DNA of 42,742 nucleotides from a virus (IMGVR_UViG_3300017655_000009:1-42742), one strand, 5' to 3'. Shown: positions 1 to 9,359, counted from the stretch's first letter. The notes: generated by a model not told the origin, from the letters alone. Translations and numbers: made by a program.

Positions 1-224
1 ACTTTCTGGATTTCCTTATCGGTTATATGCAATACTTCAAATAAAACTTCCTTATCAGATTCGAATACAATAAGTCTATCAGTGAGATTCAAAGAAAAAA
101 GAATATTGGAGTTTCTGTCAAAGTATTTAGACAGATGCATCTTCAATTTTGTTACATTAGCAGGATCACCAAGAGCTTTAGCTGCCTTGGGATATAGTGT
201 ATCTATGATTAGTGTATCAGACAT
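1..224 (-). CDS. Hypothetical late protein, 5' part only (runs off window start)
   Basis: Not in the ORF track. ATG at 224 preceded by GAAAGGA; open to position 1 (MSDTLIIDTLYPKAAKALGDPANVTKLKMHLSKYFDRN...). Late-type promoter at 253-264. Confidence 0.8.
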   Translation of the reverse strand, partial: MSDTLIIDTLYPKAAKALGDPANVTKLKMHLSKYFDRNSNILFSLNLTDRLIVFESDKEVLFEVLHITDKEIQK

Positions 225-252
225 TCTATCATTCCTTTCAACGTAGTCGTAT

Positions 253-264
253 TATTTGAGTGTT
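253..264 (-). promoter_or_regulatory. Late-type phage promoter AACA-CTCAAA-TA
   Basis: Matches the AR9 late consensus AACA-N6-TA; lies between a terminator and an RBS. Confidence 0.7.
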
Positions 265-283
265 TTAGAAGAAAAAAAGAAAA

Positions 284-307
284 GAGAAGAGGATTTCTCC
301 TCTTCTC
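284..307 (-). terminator. Intrinsic terminator after gyrA
   Basis: 10-bp stem GAGAAGAGGA/TCCTCTTCTC, GAAA loop on minus strand, A/T tracts on both sides. Confidence 0.85.
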
Positions 308-313
308 CGCTTT

Positions 314-2761
314 TTATTTTTCCTTGAAGATAATTTCATTCTTCCTCTTGGCTTTGAGGATCTTATCTCCGGATGACAGCCTTGTTTTGCTCGGCAATTC
401 AGCCAAGATAACTTCTTCAGTTCCTTGGAGAGATACCAATAGAAGTTTGGATATCTTTGGTCCTACAGTAGCAATCTTATACAGGTCTTCACCCGAAGAT
501 ACCACAGATACACCAAAAGATCCACGCTTCATATTACTGAAGGTATTCTCTATGGAGAATTTCTTAATATGTCCACTTTGAGATATAGTAACCATCACTT
601 CGTCGGATTGTTTAACCAACTCAGCCCCGATTACTTGATCTCCATCTTCGAGTTTGATCCCAATATTGCCCATGGTGAATCTGGAAGTAACTGTGAGATC
701 ATCAACAGAGAACATTCCACATTTACCAGATTTAGTATAAATGAGAATCTTGGAATTCTTAATATCAGCAGGTGTGAATTCAAGCACCGATACCAACTCA
801 TCATTCTTAGCGAGTTTGATACCGAAACTTCCTTGCGACGAGATGAAGTAGTCGGAGAACTTACTGTTCTTGACCAATCCAAACTTCGTCACGCAAATAA
901 TATTATTAGGAGTGGATTCTTTGCCCACAACAGATCCAATCGTATTATATTTAGTACCATCATATCTCTTGGAGATAATACTTCCAAGACTAGAGTCTTT
1001 AGAAACTCTAATATTTGAGATTAAATCATTGAACACCAGTCCAGTATTCGTAAATAAGAATAATTTATTAGTATCCGCGGCATTAATGTACTTATCAATA
1101 AGACTGGATTCATCGTTGTTAAGTTCAACCGAAACTCCAGTTTTTATTTTACGCACATTACCAGAGTGAATAACTTCGATATCGAAGAATTGTTCTTCTT
1201 TATCTACATTAGTAGCTTCAATTACCCTAGACTGACGTTTACGAGAATATCTTTCAATACCCTCTTCCATCTGCCTAATGATAACATCTTCAATCTTATT
1301 ATTCTGCAGGATATCCTCAAGTTCCTTGATACGAGCTTTATTCTCCTTATACTCTTTGAGATTGCCCTCATGAGTGTCAGGAGATAAGTGTGCTAATTGC
1401 ATTTCGGAAACTCGTTTAGCCTGATAATCACTGATATCATATTTCTTGATCAGGATCTCAGCGATTTCCGCACGCTTATGCTTCTTAAAGAGATTGATAA
1501 CAGTATCGAGTTGATTCTTTTCGAATAGATCGATGAGAACATCCAAGACATAGTTTCTTCTAGATTTCTCGGTCAACTCAACTCTATACATACGCTTCAT
1601 AACTTTCTTTCTAGTTTTAATCCAGCCAAGAATGCTGTCTCTGAGATTGAATTTAACGTTCTTATTCATATCTACATAGACGCAGTTTAAAGAGAATCCT
1701 TTTTCCAAATCTGTAAGTTTATACAGTCTATCCATCAGAATGTGAGGATCTACACCTTTAGCATATTCAATGACGATATTCATGGAATCATCTTTCGCTT
1801 TGAGATAAGGATTCTTACCTACACCAAGCTCAACTTCCATGTCCACGATACCATCAAGCTTCTTATCATTCTTTAGACTGACGATCTTCTTAACGACTGT
1901 ACTAGGATTTACTTCATAAGGAGTATTCAGGATTCTGATCATGCCGTTCACTACTTCATAATCAGCCCTAACTCTAAACTTCAGAGTATTAGCATCATCG
2001 TCTTCATCTTTAAATACGTGATCAACGAATTTATGGAAGACTTTCTTGCCGATGATTGTACAACCCATCGGATCTTCAGGATATAACACGATCTTAGCAT
2101 TAGGATTTCTAATGAGATCAATAACAGCTTGCATTGCTTCCTGAGGTAAGAAACCTGGACTCGAAGTTGCTAATCCGTATCCCATACCACTACCCCAGTT
2201 CATCAGAAACAATGGATATTTTGCTGGGAAGTAAATTGGTTCTCGATCCTCACCATTAAAAGTGGTTCTCATATCAACCAATTCAGTTTTCAAATCCCAG
2301 TCATGTTTTCCATCAATATTGAAGAAGCAGTCCCAGGCGAATTTGCTGAGTCTACACTCAACATAGCGCATTGCTGCATACTCATCAGGCCCTTCAGCAT
2401 TTCCATAAATACCTTTAACATCAACCAATGGCATAATATTTCTCCAAGGTTGACCCATGAATACCAATGCTTCATATGCTGCGGCATCACCATGAGGATG
2501 ATACTTTTCAATGGTTCTACCAATTACACCAGCAGATTTAACATGATTCTTTTCAGGTTTAACTCCCATAGAAGCCATAGCCATAAGAATCCGTCTATGA
2601 ACTACTTTAAGATTATCGAAGAATAGTGCAATATTTCTCTGCAGGTTTCGGTTTACGCCATGGAGAGCCATTCCTTGCTCGTCGAAATCGGCAATGTTCA
2701 TTTGCTCAATATTTTCAACGTTTTTCCAGAAGCCTCTCTTCGGACTAACGATATATGTCAT
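314..2761 (-). CDS. gyrA: Type IIA topoisomerase / DNA gyrase subunit A
   Basis: DNLKVVHRRIL, KSAGVIG, YHPHGD and AAMRY (catalytic Tyr); C-terminal beta-pinwheel-like repeats (GIKL...D.V). Confidence 0.93.
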   Translation of the reverse strand: MTYIVSPKRGFWKNVENIEQMNIADFDEQGMALHGVNRNLQRNIALFFDNLKVVHRRILMAMASMGVKPEKNHVKSAGVIGRTIEKYHPHGDAAAYEALVFMGQPWRNIMPLVDVKGIYGNAEGPDEYAAMRYVECRLSKFAWDCFFNIDGKHDWDLKTELVDMRTTFNGEDREPIYFPAKYPLFLMNWGSGMGYGLATSSPGFLPQEAMQAVIDLIRNPNAKIVLYPEDPMGCTIIGKKVFHKFVDHVFKDEDDDANTLKFRVRADYEVVNGMIRILNTPYEVNPSTVVKKIVSLKNDKKLDGIVDMEVELGVGKNPYLKAKDDSMNIVIEYAKGVDPHILMDRLYKLTDLEKGFSLNCVYVDMNKNVKFNLRDSILGWIKTRKKVMKRMYRVELTEKSRRNYVLDVLIDLFEKNQLDTVINLFKKHKRAEIAEILIKKYDISDYQAKRVSEMQLAHLSPDTHEGNLKEYKENKARIKELEDILQNNKIEDVIIRQMEEGIERYSRKRQSRVIEATNVDKEEQFFDIEVIHSGNVRKIKTGVSVELNNDESSLIDKYINAADTNKLFLFTNTGLVFNDLISNIRVSKDSSLGSIISKRYDGTKYNTIGSVVGKESTPNNIICVTKFGLVKNSKFSDYFISSQGSFGIKLAKNDELVSVLEFTPADIKNSKILIYTKSGKCGMFSVDDLTVTSRFTMGNIGIKLEDGDQVIGAELVKQSDEVMVTISQSGHIKKFSIENTFSNMKRGSFGVSVVSSGEDLYKIATVGPKISKLLLVSLQGTEEVILAELPSKTRLSSGDKILKAKRKNEIIFKEK

Positions 2762-3078
2762 TCGATCTTTCCTTCTTGGTTAGTTTTTTCGTCTTTGCCT
2801 AAATCCACACCGATGATATAAGAGCCATTTTTACCTACATCATCAATATACAGATGCGATGCTGATAAGCCACGGCCGATGTTAGGCTCTGGTTGTTTAA
2901 CTTCTTCCTTGACATCTTTGATTTTGATTCCAGGAGTCAGTTGTTTGAATTTCAAGATTGCATCATGCTTATCGATTGCTCTTTGAGTATAAGTAAGAGT
3001 GCTGGTCGAATACTGGGTAGTATAGGAAATGATAAAGTTTTTCAAACCATCGTCTTTCTTTTTCTTTTTCGCAGCCAC
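2758..3078 (-). CDS. Small hypothetical protein; paralog-like N-domain plus terminase-like motifs at C-terminus
   Basis: ATGA overlap with gyrA; N-terminal domain resembles 3042..3311; tail contains GRGLSASHLYIDD and YIIGVDLG. Confidence 0.7.
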   Translation of the reverse strand: MAAKKKKKDDGLKNFIISYTTQYSTSTLTYTQRAIDKHDAILKFKQLTPGIKIKDVKEEVKQPEPNIGRGLSASHLYIDDVGKNGSYIIGVDLGKDEKTNQEGKIE

Positions 3079-3311
3079 GAGGATTCATCCCTTTCAGGTT
3101 TAGTAAGTATTTTTCTTATTTCCTCCAAGTAATACCCAGGTGTATTTATTTCTTTGATATCAATGATTTTGAATTGGCTAGAAGAATTCTCTAACCTTTT
3201 AGTCGCATCAGAAACAGCTTTTGAGGTATTCGATGCTACTTGAATAATGGTATACAATTCAGAGTCGTCATAATCATAATATTTGATTCTAAACTGTTTC
3301 TTTTTACTCAA
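3042..3311 (-). CDS. Small hypothetical protein
   Basis: TTG start with GAAGGGA upstream; co-oriented between gyrB and gyrA. Confidence 0.65.
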   Translation of the reverse strand: MSKKKQFRIKYYDYDDSELYTIIQVASNTSKAVSDATKRLENSSSQFKIIDIKEINTPGYYLEEIRKILTKPERDESSWLRKRKRKTMV

Positions 3312-3335
3312 GTAGCACCCATCCCTTCAACGATA

Positions 3336-5732
3336 CTAGGTATCGATATCCATGATTCCGAATTCAAAGTTCCTCATGAATATCTTACGTTTCGTCGGGT
3401 AGTCTTTCTTTTTAGAGTGCATTACAGCCATACGTTCGTAGGCATCTTCAATATCTTTCATAGTTAAACGAATACTGTGGCGAATCTTTCTATTGACGAT
3501 AGTTCTTTCCAAGTCAGCAGAAGGCATCTCACCAAGACCTTTAAATCTTGTAATGATCTTAGGGGCATATTTACCTACCTCTTTCATGACTTGATACAGG
3601 CTCATATCGACATCGTCAACTTTATATCCATAGAAATACGCTTTAGTATTAATTTTATATTTATCAACAGCATCTTCAATAAATTCTTCAGTAAAATCAA
3701 ATAGACTAAAACCATCATTAGGAATGGTACCTACAATACGCAGATATCCAGTGACAGTAGTCTTAGCTTTAAGGAAACGATACTTAGCTGGTAGAATCTT
3801 GTTGTTCCAGATATCGATCTTATCATTTTCATAGCCGATATCCAGATTATTAACGAAGAACTCCGTCAGTTCAGGAGATAGAATATATTGATTTGCCAGA
3901 TATTCTAGATTATTCTTATATTCGTGGAATTCAATTAAGAAATCTAAAAGATCTTCGCCTTTGATTTCTTTATCTTTAATATACAACTTGTGAGCTTTAA
4001 TAAAGCTATCTTGAGTATATTTAGCATAGTCTCTGACCGTAGGAATAAAGAACTTAGCATCCTTAATCTTGACTTCATATAGAGGTGGTACGATTTTATA
4101 CAGACGACCAGCAGTTACAATCGCTGGTAAGAATCTACCATACGTCATCGCTAATTGACATGCGATTTCCCCACCATCAGAGTCAGCATCTGTTACGATA
4201 TTAACTCGATCAAATGGGAATTTCTTGATATCAAAATTCTTGATATTTTCATTTTCAACTTCATAGATCTGCATAAGATTCTGCAGGAACTTAGAAGATT
4301 TTACAGCTTCAGAAGGTGTTAAGTCAAATACGTTTTCAACTTTACCCCTAATAGCAAGAACTGCCATTGAGTCCTTATCACGTACTGCTTTAAAGCCCCC
4401 GCGGGCACTGAGTCCTTCAACAATAAACATCTCTTTAAATTTACTCATCGAAAATTTAGAGATAGGAAGGTACTCAGGAATTTTATCTGCAGAGAAAGCA
4501 TTTGTAATATCTCTCTTTGTACGCTTCTTTTCCTTTTCAGAGGCGATTCTAGTTCTGATATTACCTTTAATAACTTGAGCAAATTTATTGAGTGTGGCTT
4601 TATCCAATTCTCTCAAATACTTCCTCACAGAGTTATATACAAAATTCTTCAAGTTGTTATCATCAAGACCCTCTTTATATTGACCCTTATATTTCGGATT
4701 AAGGGCATATACAGCTACGATACCAATCAAACCATCTTTGATATCGTCATTGAGGATTCTTACTTCTTTCTTATCAGTTTCAGTTAAGTCCTTCTTTTCT
4801 TTTTCAGTCAAGTAGGATTCTAACATATACTTCCTCATGAATGAGGAAATACCTTCAATCAAACCATTCACATGAGATCCACCGATCTTATTGTAGGAAT
4901 AGTTTGTGAAGCCAATAACTTCAGTTTCTTCCAGAGTCTCCATATCATAACCGAATACAAATTCAACTTTAGAGTTACCCTCTTGTCTTTTGTATTCAGC
5001 AATTGGGCTGGAGATATTGAATTGAGTTACATAATCTTTCAGCTTACCGTTCTTAAAGGTTTTAGTAATTTCTTCACCTTTTTTATTCTTAGCAGTGAAG
5101 ATCATGTTAGTTTTACCACCAACATAACTCTTCTTTTTAATTTTATCTAACAGGTGTTCCATCTTGATACCTATATCAGAGAAGAATCGTTTATCGACCT
5201 TCCACTCAACATAAGTGCCAGTAGATTTGGATTTCCCTTCAATTACTTCTTTGCGGAAGCCATCAACATAATGTACTTCTTTAAAGACTCCGTCACGTTC
5301 TACTTTAACCGTCATATACTCAGAAAGGAAGTTTACGAGTTTCATACCCATACCAAACGCACCAGTCGAATGGTTATAGGCACGATTTTTAGTTCCCATC
5401 TTACCGGAGGAACTGATAACTTCACAGAGGTCGAATAGTTTACCTAAAGGTATACCACGACCATCATCTTGAATTGTTATGGTACGAGTCTTTTCGTCAA
5501 AGGTAATAATAATTTCGTATCCGCCGGAATCAGGAGCCATAAGCTCATCAAAGGCGTTTGCAAGGATTTCTTCGAATAGATGAATTGCACCTTCAAGATC
5601 AGTGCTTGGAAGATATACTTCTGGAGATTGACGAACCCGGGAACGGTCGTCGTAATGCACAGTAATCTTATCATCGGTATAAGCAAAGACATCTTTGTCC
5701 TTCCTCATATACCACAGTATACGAATTGTCAC
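3336..5732 (-). CDS. gyrB: Type IIA topoisomerase / DNA gyrase subunit B
   Basis: GHKL motifs (EILANAFDE, DDGRGIP, GAFGMG); TOPRIM motifs (IVEGLSA, IRGKV, TDADSDG); RFKGLGEM. Confidence 0.95.
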   Translation of the reverse strand: MTIRILWYMRKDKDVFAYTDDKITVHYDDRSRVRQSPEVYLPSTDLEGAIHLFEEILANAFDELMAPDSGGYEIIITFDEKTRTITIQDDGRGIPLGKLFDLCEVISSSGKMGTKNRAYNHSTGAFGMGMKLVNFLSEYMTVKVERDGVFKEVHYVDGFRKEVIEGKSKSTGTYVEWKVDKRFFSDIGIKMEHLLDKIKKKSYVGGKTNMIFTAKNKKGEEITKTFKNGKLKDYVTQFNISSPIAEYKRQEGNSKVEFVFGYDMETLEETEVIGFTNYSYNKIGGSHVNGLIEGISSFMRKYMLESYLTEKEKKDLTETDKKEVRILNDDIKDGLIGIVAVYALNPKYKGQYKEGLDDNNLKNFVYNSVRKYLRELDKATLNKFAQVIKGNIRTRIASEKEKKRTKRDITNAFSADKIPEYLPISKFSMSKFKEMFIVEGLSARGGFKAVRDKDSMAVLAIRGKVENVFDLTPSEAVKSSKFLQNLMQIYEVENENIKNFDIKKFPFDRVNIVTDADSDGGEIACQLAMTYGRFLPAIVTAGRLYKIVPPLYEVKIKDAKFFIPTVRDYAKYTQDSFIKAHKLYIKDKEIKGEDLLDFLIEFHEYKNNLEYLANQYILSPELTEFFVNNLDIGYENDKIDIWNNKILPAKYRFLKAKTTVTGYLRIVGTIPNDGFSLFDFTEEFIEDAVDKYKINTKAYFYGYKVDDVDMSLYQVMKEVGKYAPKIITRFKGLGEMPSADLERTIVNRKIRHSIRLTMKDIEDAYERMAVMHSKKKDYPTKRKIFMRNFEFGIMDIDT

Positions 5733-5762
5733 TCAGTAATCAATCCTTTCTATTTAGTCAGT

Positions 5763-5775
5763 ATAATAATATATA
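5763..5775 (-). promoter_or_regulatory. Early-type phage promoter (TATATATTATTAT) upstream of gyrB
   Basis: One of 7 copies of a recurring intergenic motif. Confidence 0.7.
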
Positions 5776-5798
5776 CCCTTATAAAAGGGTTGATTCGA

Positions 5799-5909
5799 TT
5801 ATGATAAATAAATTCCAAGATAAGTATGGGGATTCCTATAGATGGCTTTGTAAAGTAAATATAGATTTATAAAAAATAAGGAAATGGGTAAAGAGTTATT
5901 TTTATTCAT
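5799..5909 (-). CDS. Possible 36-aa hydrophobic peptide
   Basis: ATGA overlap with the stop of 5906..6379; MNKNNSLPISLFFINLYLLYKAIYRNPHTYLGIYLS; fills the intergenic gap. Confidence 0.3.
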   Translation of the reverse strand: MNKNNSLPISLFFINLYLLYKAIYRNPHTYLGIYLS

Positions 5910-6379
5910 TTATAAGTATTATTTATTTTTTCGAAGAGTTTAAAATTATAGCCTGCTGATTGTAGTAAATTAAGTAAGAGAATATATTGGTCGACTGTCA
6001 TATTTTGACCATCATATCGAGCCATCTCAATACATCCTCTAACTTTATATATTCTGAAGAATACTTGATTAACAGTATCACTGTCATTTGATATAATAGT
6101 TATATTGATATAATAATGGTAGTCATAATATCTTGAGGTACAAATAAGATCATACGTCTTATTCTCATGAGTTATACATTCATATATGATATCATTTTTA
6201 TCATCCAAATCATTAATGAATTTGCGAATAATCGCATCTCCACCATTCCAATTATCATGGTTGAATGTACCATCTTCATTAAACATTCGTTTTGGTGGAG
6301 TGCTATAACGACCATCTGGTTTAGCTGCTTCAATAAGTCTAGCTTCATGTAACTTATTTAAAGTATCAATAGTAATCAT
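5906..6379 (-). CDS. Hypothetical protein
   Basis: 157-aa ORF with strong SD AGGAGGT. Confidence 0.8.
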   Translation of the reverse strand: MITIDTLNKLHEARLIEAAKPDGRYSTPPKRMFNEDGTFNHDNWNGGDAIIRKFINDLDDKNDIIYECITHENKTYDLICTSRYYDYHYYINITIISNDSDTVNQVFFRIYKVRGCIEMARYDGQNMTVDQYILLLNLLQSAGYNFKLFEKINNTYK

Positions 6380-6412
6380 TTTATACCTCCTAATTTTTAA
6401 AAAAATAAAAGA

Positions 6413-6434
6413 GTGATAGGCCGTAGCCTATCAC
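6413..6434 (-). terminator. Intrinsic terminator
   Basis: 9-bp stem with C(UACG)G loop on minus strand, followed by a U tract. Confidence 0.85.
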
Positions 6435-6450
6435 CCTCGTGTGCCGGAGA

Positions 6451-6918
6451 TTAACTCCATCTTTCCCGTTTGTTGCCTTTCTTTTTCTTGTTCTTTTTAT
6501 CCTTCTTGCCTTTCTTCTTGTCTTTCTTGCTGCCGGCCTTCGTGATAGCAGTTACCGTATTCGGCAACTCACGCAGAACTTCAGCATCAAATTCGGAAAT
6601 CATTTTCATTGTTGCATCGTCAAGCTTGATCTTGCCGACGTGAACGGCGGCGCGAACTTCGGCCAGCGCCGATTTGATAACGTCAGCCGAGCTGGTAAGC
6701 ATGTCAAGCGTCAGGAATTCCTTGTCGAGAATAACGATCTCGCCGCAGCGTTTGCATTTGCCTTTCAATACGTCGCCGTCTTGGAATGGTTCCAATTTCG
6801 ACTTGCCGCGTTTGTTTACGTGCGGGCATGTAGCCTGCTCCAAGCGAATGGTTTCATTCAGCTTCTTCTGTTGTTGCTCCAGTTTCTTCAATTGTTTTTT
6901 CAGACTCGACATCTTCAA
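6451..6918 (-). CDS. Early basic protein with putative Zn finger (CPH...CKRC) and Lys-rich tail
   Basis: Own early-type promoter, SD GAGAGGAG and own terminator; visibly GC-richer codons. Confidence 0.8.
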   Translation of the reverse strand: MKMSSLKKQLKKLEQQQKKLNETIRLEQATCPHVNKRGKSKLEPFQDGDVLKGKCKRCGEIVILDKEFLTLDMLTSSADVIKSALAEVRAAVHVGKIKLDDATMKMISEFDAEVLRELPNTVTAITKAGSKKDKKKGKKDKKNKKKKGNKRERWS

Positions 6919-6967
6919 AAACTCCTCTCAGGTATTTGATTTGGATTATTACATTGTCTTACACACT

Positions 6968-6981
6968 ATAATAATATATAT
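6968..6981 (-). promoter_or_regulatory. Early-type promoter ATATATATTATTAT
   Basis: Exact consensus copy. Confidence 0.75.
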
Positions 6982-7049
6982 TTGGTTTTGCATCCAAATC
7001 CTATTAGGATTGATTGATAGTTGCAGTATCGGGACATACCACAACGTAT

Positions 7050-7190
7050 CTACTTGTTAGACTTTAATTTATTTTGCACATAGCCAACCATCTCAAGAAA
7101 TGCTTTATTATCTCGCGTCTCTGCTGTCCGGTTAACTATCTCTTCATCTTTAGCTTTCTGTATAAGTTCTAATAATATAGGATCTGACAT
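7050..7190 (-). CDS. 46-aa hypothetical protein (missed by ORF track)
   Basis: Strong SD AGGAGGTGAT before ATG; MSDPILLELIQKAKDEEIVNRTAETRDNKAFLEMVGYVQNKLKSNK. Confidence 0.75.
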   Translation of the reverse strand: MSDPILLELIQKAKDEEIVNRTAETRDNKAFLEMVGYVQNKLKSNK

Positions 7191-7211
7191 TTTATCACCT
7201 CCTAAAATTAT

Positions 7212-7496
7212 TCACCTATATTCTCTAGACGGAACTGATGAATCGATGTTCATAGTCGAAATGGAATTTCTCCAGCTTTCGACGGCGTCTTTACTCAAAT
7301 AACCTTTATTCAAACACTGACCATCTACGAATAATGCCCGTCCAAATCTCATTACTTTATTGTATTCAATATGATCTTGCAGATGCTCAGGACGAACAAT
7401 GTTTACTACATGATCACCATTAGCATACACGCCGATAGTAATATGGTTAGCTATTTTTGACACCTTCCCAAATAGTTTTGAAAGTATTAAATGCAA
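7212..7496 (-). CDS. Hypothetical protein (true start probably internal)
   Basis: Operon context; overlaps the upstream ORF, so the start is uncertain. Confidence 0.65.
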   Translation of the reverse strand: MHLILSKLFGKVSKIANHITIGVYANGDHVVNIVRPEHLQDHIEYNKVMRFGRALFVDGQCLNKGYLSKDAVESWRNSISTMNIDSSVPSREYR

Positions 7497-7935
7497 ATAT
7501 GATAGCTTGAGCTACAAATACAGATATTCCTATACAATCTTTAAACATGCTGTCAGAAATACCATTAACATAAATACCTTTGGATTTCTCTTGAAATTGC
7601 CCCAACGTCATTTGATTGAGCTGGGAACATAAATGATTATTGTATCCAAGACTCTCTCGAATCTTATCTTCTCCTACTCGCTGCAGGAGAGATAATAGAT
7701 AGAGAGTTTGGTCTGAGATTTCTTCACCAATTGATTTGAGGAATTTGCAGAATACTCCACGCATATCCTCATTGATATCAATAACCCTCACGGATATACT
7801 GTGAGCATGATTGACATATTGTTTTGCTTCGATCTTTTTCTGGTAATAATAGAACTGTTTCCGAACTGCATCTTTACAGTTCTTATGGAAATCAGTATCT
7901 ACTGGTTTTCGATTGTGCGACTTAATTGAGATCAT
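7447..7935 (-). CDS. Hypothetical protein
   Basis: SD AAGGAG; 162 aa; operon context. Confidence 0.75.
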   Translation of the reverse strand: MISIKSHNRKPVDTDFHKNCKDAVRKQFYYYQKKIEAKQYVNHAHSISVRVIDINEDMRGVFCKFLKSIGEEISDQTLYLLSLLQRVGEDKIRESLGYNNHLCSQLNQMTLGQFQEKSKGIYVNGISDSMFKDCIGISVFVAQAIIFAFNTFKTIWEGVKNS

Positions 7936-7955
7936 TTTGATTTCTCCTTCTTTTG

Positions 7956-8480
7956 TCAGAATTTAACCGGTTTGCGAAGTTTCTTACATTTGGATTTCTT
8001 TTTAGTTTTAAGCTTCTTACAGTAAATATCACCATCCACTATAACTCTCTTGGCTTTTATCTTACCGGTAGCTGATACATAAAGTTTGGCTGTTACCGTA
8101 CCTTCAACCTTAATGTTTCCTCCACATTTAATCTGTTTAACAGAAACGTCACCATCACAATATATATTTCCAGTAACGTACACCGAGAATTTAGAGATGA
8201 TGCTGCTACAATGTAAATTTCCAGCAATGAAAATGGTTCTCTTTGCATTGATATCTTCATATCTAACATCAGCATCAATATTTTTGAGATTTCTTAGCAG
8301 CCATAAAGCATCCTCTGCTGAAACAAGTTGTTCGTCTTCTTTCGTGCTACAAATATGTCTTGAGATTTTTTCTAAAACTTTCTCATGGCTACTCTTTTCA
8401 CCATCAAATTGATCATTAAACCATTTGATGAATGATTCGCTTGCGAATTTTTCAGTAAGCCATTTTTTACTTATTTTCAA
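7956..8480 (-). CDS. Beta-helix repeat protein (bactofilin/FapA-like C-terminal half)
   Basis: Repeated G-[ND]-[IV]-x units (IAGNLHC, VTGNIYCDGDVSV, CGGNIKVEGTV, VDGDIYC). Confidence 0.6.
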   Translation of the reverse strand: MKISKKWLTEKFASESFIKWFNDQFDGEKSSHEKVLEKISRHICSTKEDEQLVSAEDALWLLRNLKNIDADVRYEDINAKRTIFIAGNLHCSSIISKFSVYVTGNIYCDGDVSVKQIKCGGNIKVEGTVTAKLYVSATGKIKAKRVIVDGDIYCKKLKTKKKSKCKKLRKPVKF

Positions 8481-8492
8481 TTTTATCTCTCC

Positions 8493-9266
8493 TCACTTGA
8501 ATAGATCCATGATTTTATCAAAACCAAATGTTAAACCATGTGGTGGTTTCGTGACATATTTCCTTTCAGATTCTTTAAATCTCTTATTATATCTAATAAT
8601 AGAATCAATGCTTTTATTTTTCAGTTCCGGTTTTATGTAATGCTTCACAGCATTCCAGACCTTCGGAAAGTTCTTCAGAGCATACGCATCAGAAAAGTTC
8701 TCTTGAACATCGGTTGTTTGTCCGAGAGATATTTTATGAACTTCATTCCAAAGATCATTTTGTTCAGATGAACCAGTGACCATTACAGTTGTTTTTGCCA
8801 TATGGTACAGATTATCAAATTCTTTCTCCATACCAAGCTGTAAGAATAATTTCACCAGATTTGCATGACCAATTTCATGTAAAAGAGTGATTGTGAACAT
8901 TGAGTATATATTTACCTCAATGTCTAGAGATTCAATGAACTCGAAGAATCGTTTTTCATACGAATCCCTAAATTGTTTCTTTCCAACTAAGCTTTCGATA
9001 TCATTACATATCGTTATTTCAGTGATTATTTCATCAAATCTTGGAGGTCTACTGTAGTCGAACTTCTTGTCGAATACATTTGTAACATGTGTAGCTCCTC
9101 CAGTATGAATTATAGCTTTTGATTTCCTTGCAGGTAGAATCGTTACTACAAAACGATCTATAATATCGTCCCTTAATAGTTCCATTGTGTCGTCGACACA
9201 GTTTACAGTGAAATAGTCCAAGGCTCCATACCTTGTATCTTCAGTGATTTTCAGAATTTTTATCAA
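8493..9266 (-). CDS. Putative zincin-like metallopeptidase
   Basis: LLHEIGHA (HExxH) plus downstream E..SD.YA motif. Confidence 0.6.
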   Translation of the reverse strand: MIKILKITEDTRYGALDYFTVNCVDDTMELLRDDIIDRFVVTILPARKSKAIIHTGGATHVTNVFDKKFDYSRPPRFDEIITEITICNDIESLVGKKQFRDSYEKRFFEFIESLDIEVNIYSMFTITLLHEIGHANLVKLFLQLGMEKEFDNLYHMAKTTVMVTGSSEQNDLWNEVHKISLGQTTDVQENFSDAYALKNFPKVWNAVKHYIKPELKNKSIDSIIRYNKRFKESERKYVTKPPHGLTFGFDKIMDLFK

Positions 9267-9298
9267 CTCCTTATCTATATATACATGTAACTTACATT

Positions 9299-9312
9299 AT
9301 AATAATATATAT
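9299..9312 (-). promoter_or_regulatory. Early-type promoter ATATATATTATTAT
   Basis: Exact consensus copy heading the 9266-to-7050 gene run. Confidence 0.75.
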
Positions 9313-9328
9313 CTACAGAAAAGTTGAA

Positions 9329-9355
9329 ACCGTACCAGATTTTCTCTGGTACGGT
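9329..9355 (-). terminator. Terminator hairpin after helicase
   Basis: 11-bp perfect stem ACCGTACCAGA/TCTGGTACGGT. Confidence 0.8.
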
Positions 9356-9359
9356 CAGT

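Noticed and set aside
2758-3335. Intron or intein in the gyrase locus or other core genes
   Set aside because: gyrB, gyrA and the helicases appear continuous, and I saw no splicing motifs or LAGLIDADG/GIY-YIG ORFs.
314-5732. Bacterial chromosome origin region suggested by gyrB-gyrA
   Set aside because: No dnaA, dnaN or recF; sequences are highly divergent and surrounded by phage structural and split-RNAP genes.
5906-6379. LHEA/LIEA near the N-terminus as another ILEG-type leader
   Set aside because: Does not match the full consensus and has no late-type promoter.
6439-7060. Plus-strand hydrophobic ORFs
   Set aside because: The Phe/Leu richness is the reverse complement of Lys codons in 6451..6918.
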